Shown here one piece after another: positions 62,611 to 64,000 of a stretch of DNA of 64,000 bases (positions are counted from its first letter, which is position 1; each line of letters opens with the position of its first letter). The notes under the pieces were generated by a model. The model did not search any database. It worked only from the letters and a program-made list of their open reading frames with translations, and was not told the origin of the DNA. The stretch lies in NCBI GenBank assembly GCA_963730185.1, contig CAVSQW010000015.1, forward strand, positions 32,001-96,000. The letters are read 5' to 3'. Source of the DNA: an uncultured Gemmatimonadales bacterium (GTDB lineage Bacteria > Gemmatimonadota > Gemmatimonadetes > Gemmatimonadales > GWC2-71-9). The translations under genes and the position numbers were made by a program.

Positions 62611-63525
62611 ATGATGGACGTCCTCCATTCCATCGTGCACGTGCTGGATCTTGCAGTCGGCTGGATCTTCAGTGCCTCCTGGCTCCCGCCGGGGGACTTC
62701 AAGTTCTACCGCTGGCTGATCGTGCCGGGGTACGGCTATGGCTTCGTCCTGATCACGTTCGGGATCGCGGAGTTGTTGCGCCCGGCGCAGCCCCGTCCCT
62801 GGAGTCGAAGGACCCTGCTGAGCGGCACCTATCTCCTGCTCGCGGGCAAGATCGGGATCTACGCCATCGTCGTCGTCCCGGCCATGCGCAAGGCCTGGCT
62901 GGCTCTGGGGCTGCCGTCGGCGCACCTGGATCAGGTGCTCCCGTGGCCGGCCTACATGCTGGTCGCCGTGCTGGTGATCACGTTCACCGGCTACTGGGCC
63001 CACCGCCTCATGCACCAGGTGCCGATTTTCTGGCACATCCACAAGATCCATCATTCCGCCGAGAACCTGAACGCCGGCGCCATCTATCACATGCACTTCC
63101 TGGAGCTGTTGCTCCACACCCCAATGCACATGGTCACGGTGCTGCTGTTGGGCACGAACCTGGTCGCCCCGTTCGGAATCATCTGGAAGGTGATCGACGT
63201 CCTGGGCCATGCCAACGTCCGATTGGATCTGGGACGACTGGCCTATCTCGTCTCGACCCCGCAGGCCCACCGCATCCATCACTCGGTCGAGCCGCGCCAC
63301 TACAACTCGAACTACGGCAACACGTTCATGATCTGGGATCACGTCTTCGGAACGTTCCAGTACGATCCGGCCGATCTTCCCACCAAGTACGGGGTCGACG
63401 ATCAGGTGCCGGTGGGCTTCGTCAAGCAGCAGGTCCTCCCGCTGGTGTGGATCGCCCGCGACATCAGGCGGGGTCTGGCCGCCCGGGCCCGTCGGCTGGT
63501 GGGCAGCCCGGTCGCCGGCGACTGA
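62611..63525 (+). CDS. Sterol desaturase / fatty acid hydroxylase family protein
   Basis: His boxes YWAHRLMH, IHKIHHS, HAN, HRIHHS, NYG...IWDHVFGT. Confidence 0.9.
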   Translation: MMDVLHSIVHVLDLAVGWIFSASWLPPGDFKFYRWLIVPGYGYGFVLITFGIAELLRPAQPRPWSRRTLLSGTYLLLAGKIGIYAIVVVPAMRKAWLALGLPSAHLDQVLPWPAYMLVAVLVITFTGYWAHRLMHQVPIFWHIHKIHHSAENLNAGAIYHMHFLELLLHTPMHMVTVLLLGTNLVAPFGIIWKVIDVLGHANVRLDLGRLAYLVSTPQAHRIHHSVEPRHYNSNYGNTFMIWDHVFGTFQYDPADLPTKYGVDDQVPVGFVKQQVLPLVWIARDIRRGLAARARRLVGSPVAGD

Positions 63526-63639
63526 TCCGCGGGCGTCGGGGGGGGCGGATCGCGCTCCCGCCCCAGGGGCGTCTTGTCAGGAGGCCGGCAATCCCGCCAG
63601 GTTCCCAGGAACGCTTCTCCGGGAGCGCGCCTCCGGCTC

Positions 63640-64000
63640 GTGCCGAAATCTCATTCCCCCGCGGACCCGTTCTGGGCCGGGCCGGCCGACGACCTGCTCG
63701 CCGGCCTGGGCTCGTCGTCGGCCGGTCTGACGTCCGGCCAGGCGGCGGCGAGGGCGGCGTCCCGCCCGCCCGACCGTCACCGGGCGAGCCTGGTCTCCGC
63801 GCCGCGGCTCCTTCTCCGCCAGATCGCGAATCCGCTGGTTCTCCTCCTGCTTGCGGCCATGGTGGTCGCGTTCGTCGTGGGCGAGACCACGGACGCGCTC
63901 GTGGTCCTCGGGATCGTCGCGGCCAGCACGCTGCTCGGCTTCGTCCAGGAGTATCGAGCCGGCGGCGCCGTGGCCCGATTGTTGGAACGGATCGAGGTCC
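63640..64000 (+). CDS. P-type cation-transporting ATPase N-terminus (MgtA-like; runs off window)
   Basis: Manual translation: FWAGPADDLLAGLGSSSAGLTSGQAAAR...QIANPLVLLLLAA...LLGFVQEYRA. Confidence 0.8.
   Translation, partial: MPKSHSPADPFWAGPADDLLAGLGSSSAGLTSGQAAARAASRPPDRHRASLVSAPRLLLRQIANPLVLLLLAAMVVAFVVGETTDALVVLGIVAASTLLGFVQEYRAGGAVARLLERIEV

Overview
High-GC bacterial chromosomal window. Gene content and style suggest Gemmatimonadota (inference). Several single-base indels in unrelated conserved genes suggest an imperfectly polished long-read assembly. About 1-36 kb is mostly housekeeping and accessory genes: gcvH, coaE, tdk, an aminotransferase, a nurA-herA-sbcD-sbcC repair cluster, a probable 6S RNA, pterin genes, Pit/DUF47, MltD, FadD, a degenerate TldD/E pair, ligA, two toxin-antitoxin pairs, pdp, an AraC regulator, a serpin and an M48 peptidase. 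The standout locus is 36.8-51.7 kb, with four tandem units. Each has a DUF4876-like lipoprotein (+; 157 near-identical N-terminal codons, then a divergent C-terminal domain) convergent with a small secreted six-cysteine peptide (-), which follows a whole or truncated TlpA-like CPYC thioredoxin. A TonB-dependent receptor and a second outer-membrane barrel follow. The lipoprotein variable domains and the mature peptides show the same relatedness pattern, ((1,4),3),2, while the flanks group as (1,3),(2,4). This suggests swappable paired peptide/binding-protein cassettes. The window ends with a CzcCBA-type efflux system preceded by a CxxC/RAPP leader ORF, a rhodanese/YeeE/Cys-desulfurase cluster, a sterol-desaturase-family gene and the start of a P-type ATPase. 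All family names are from motif recognition; no searches were run.
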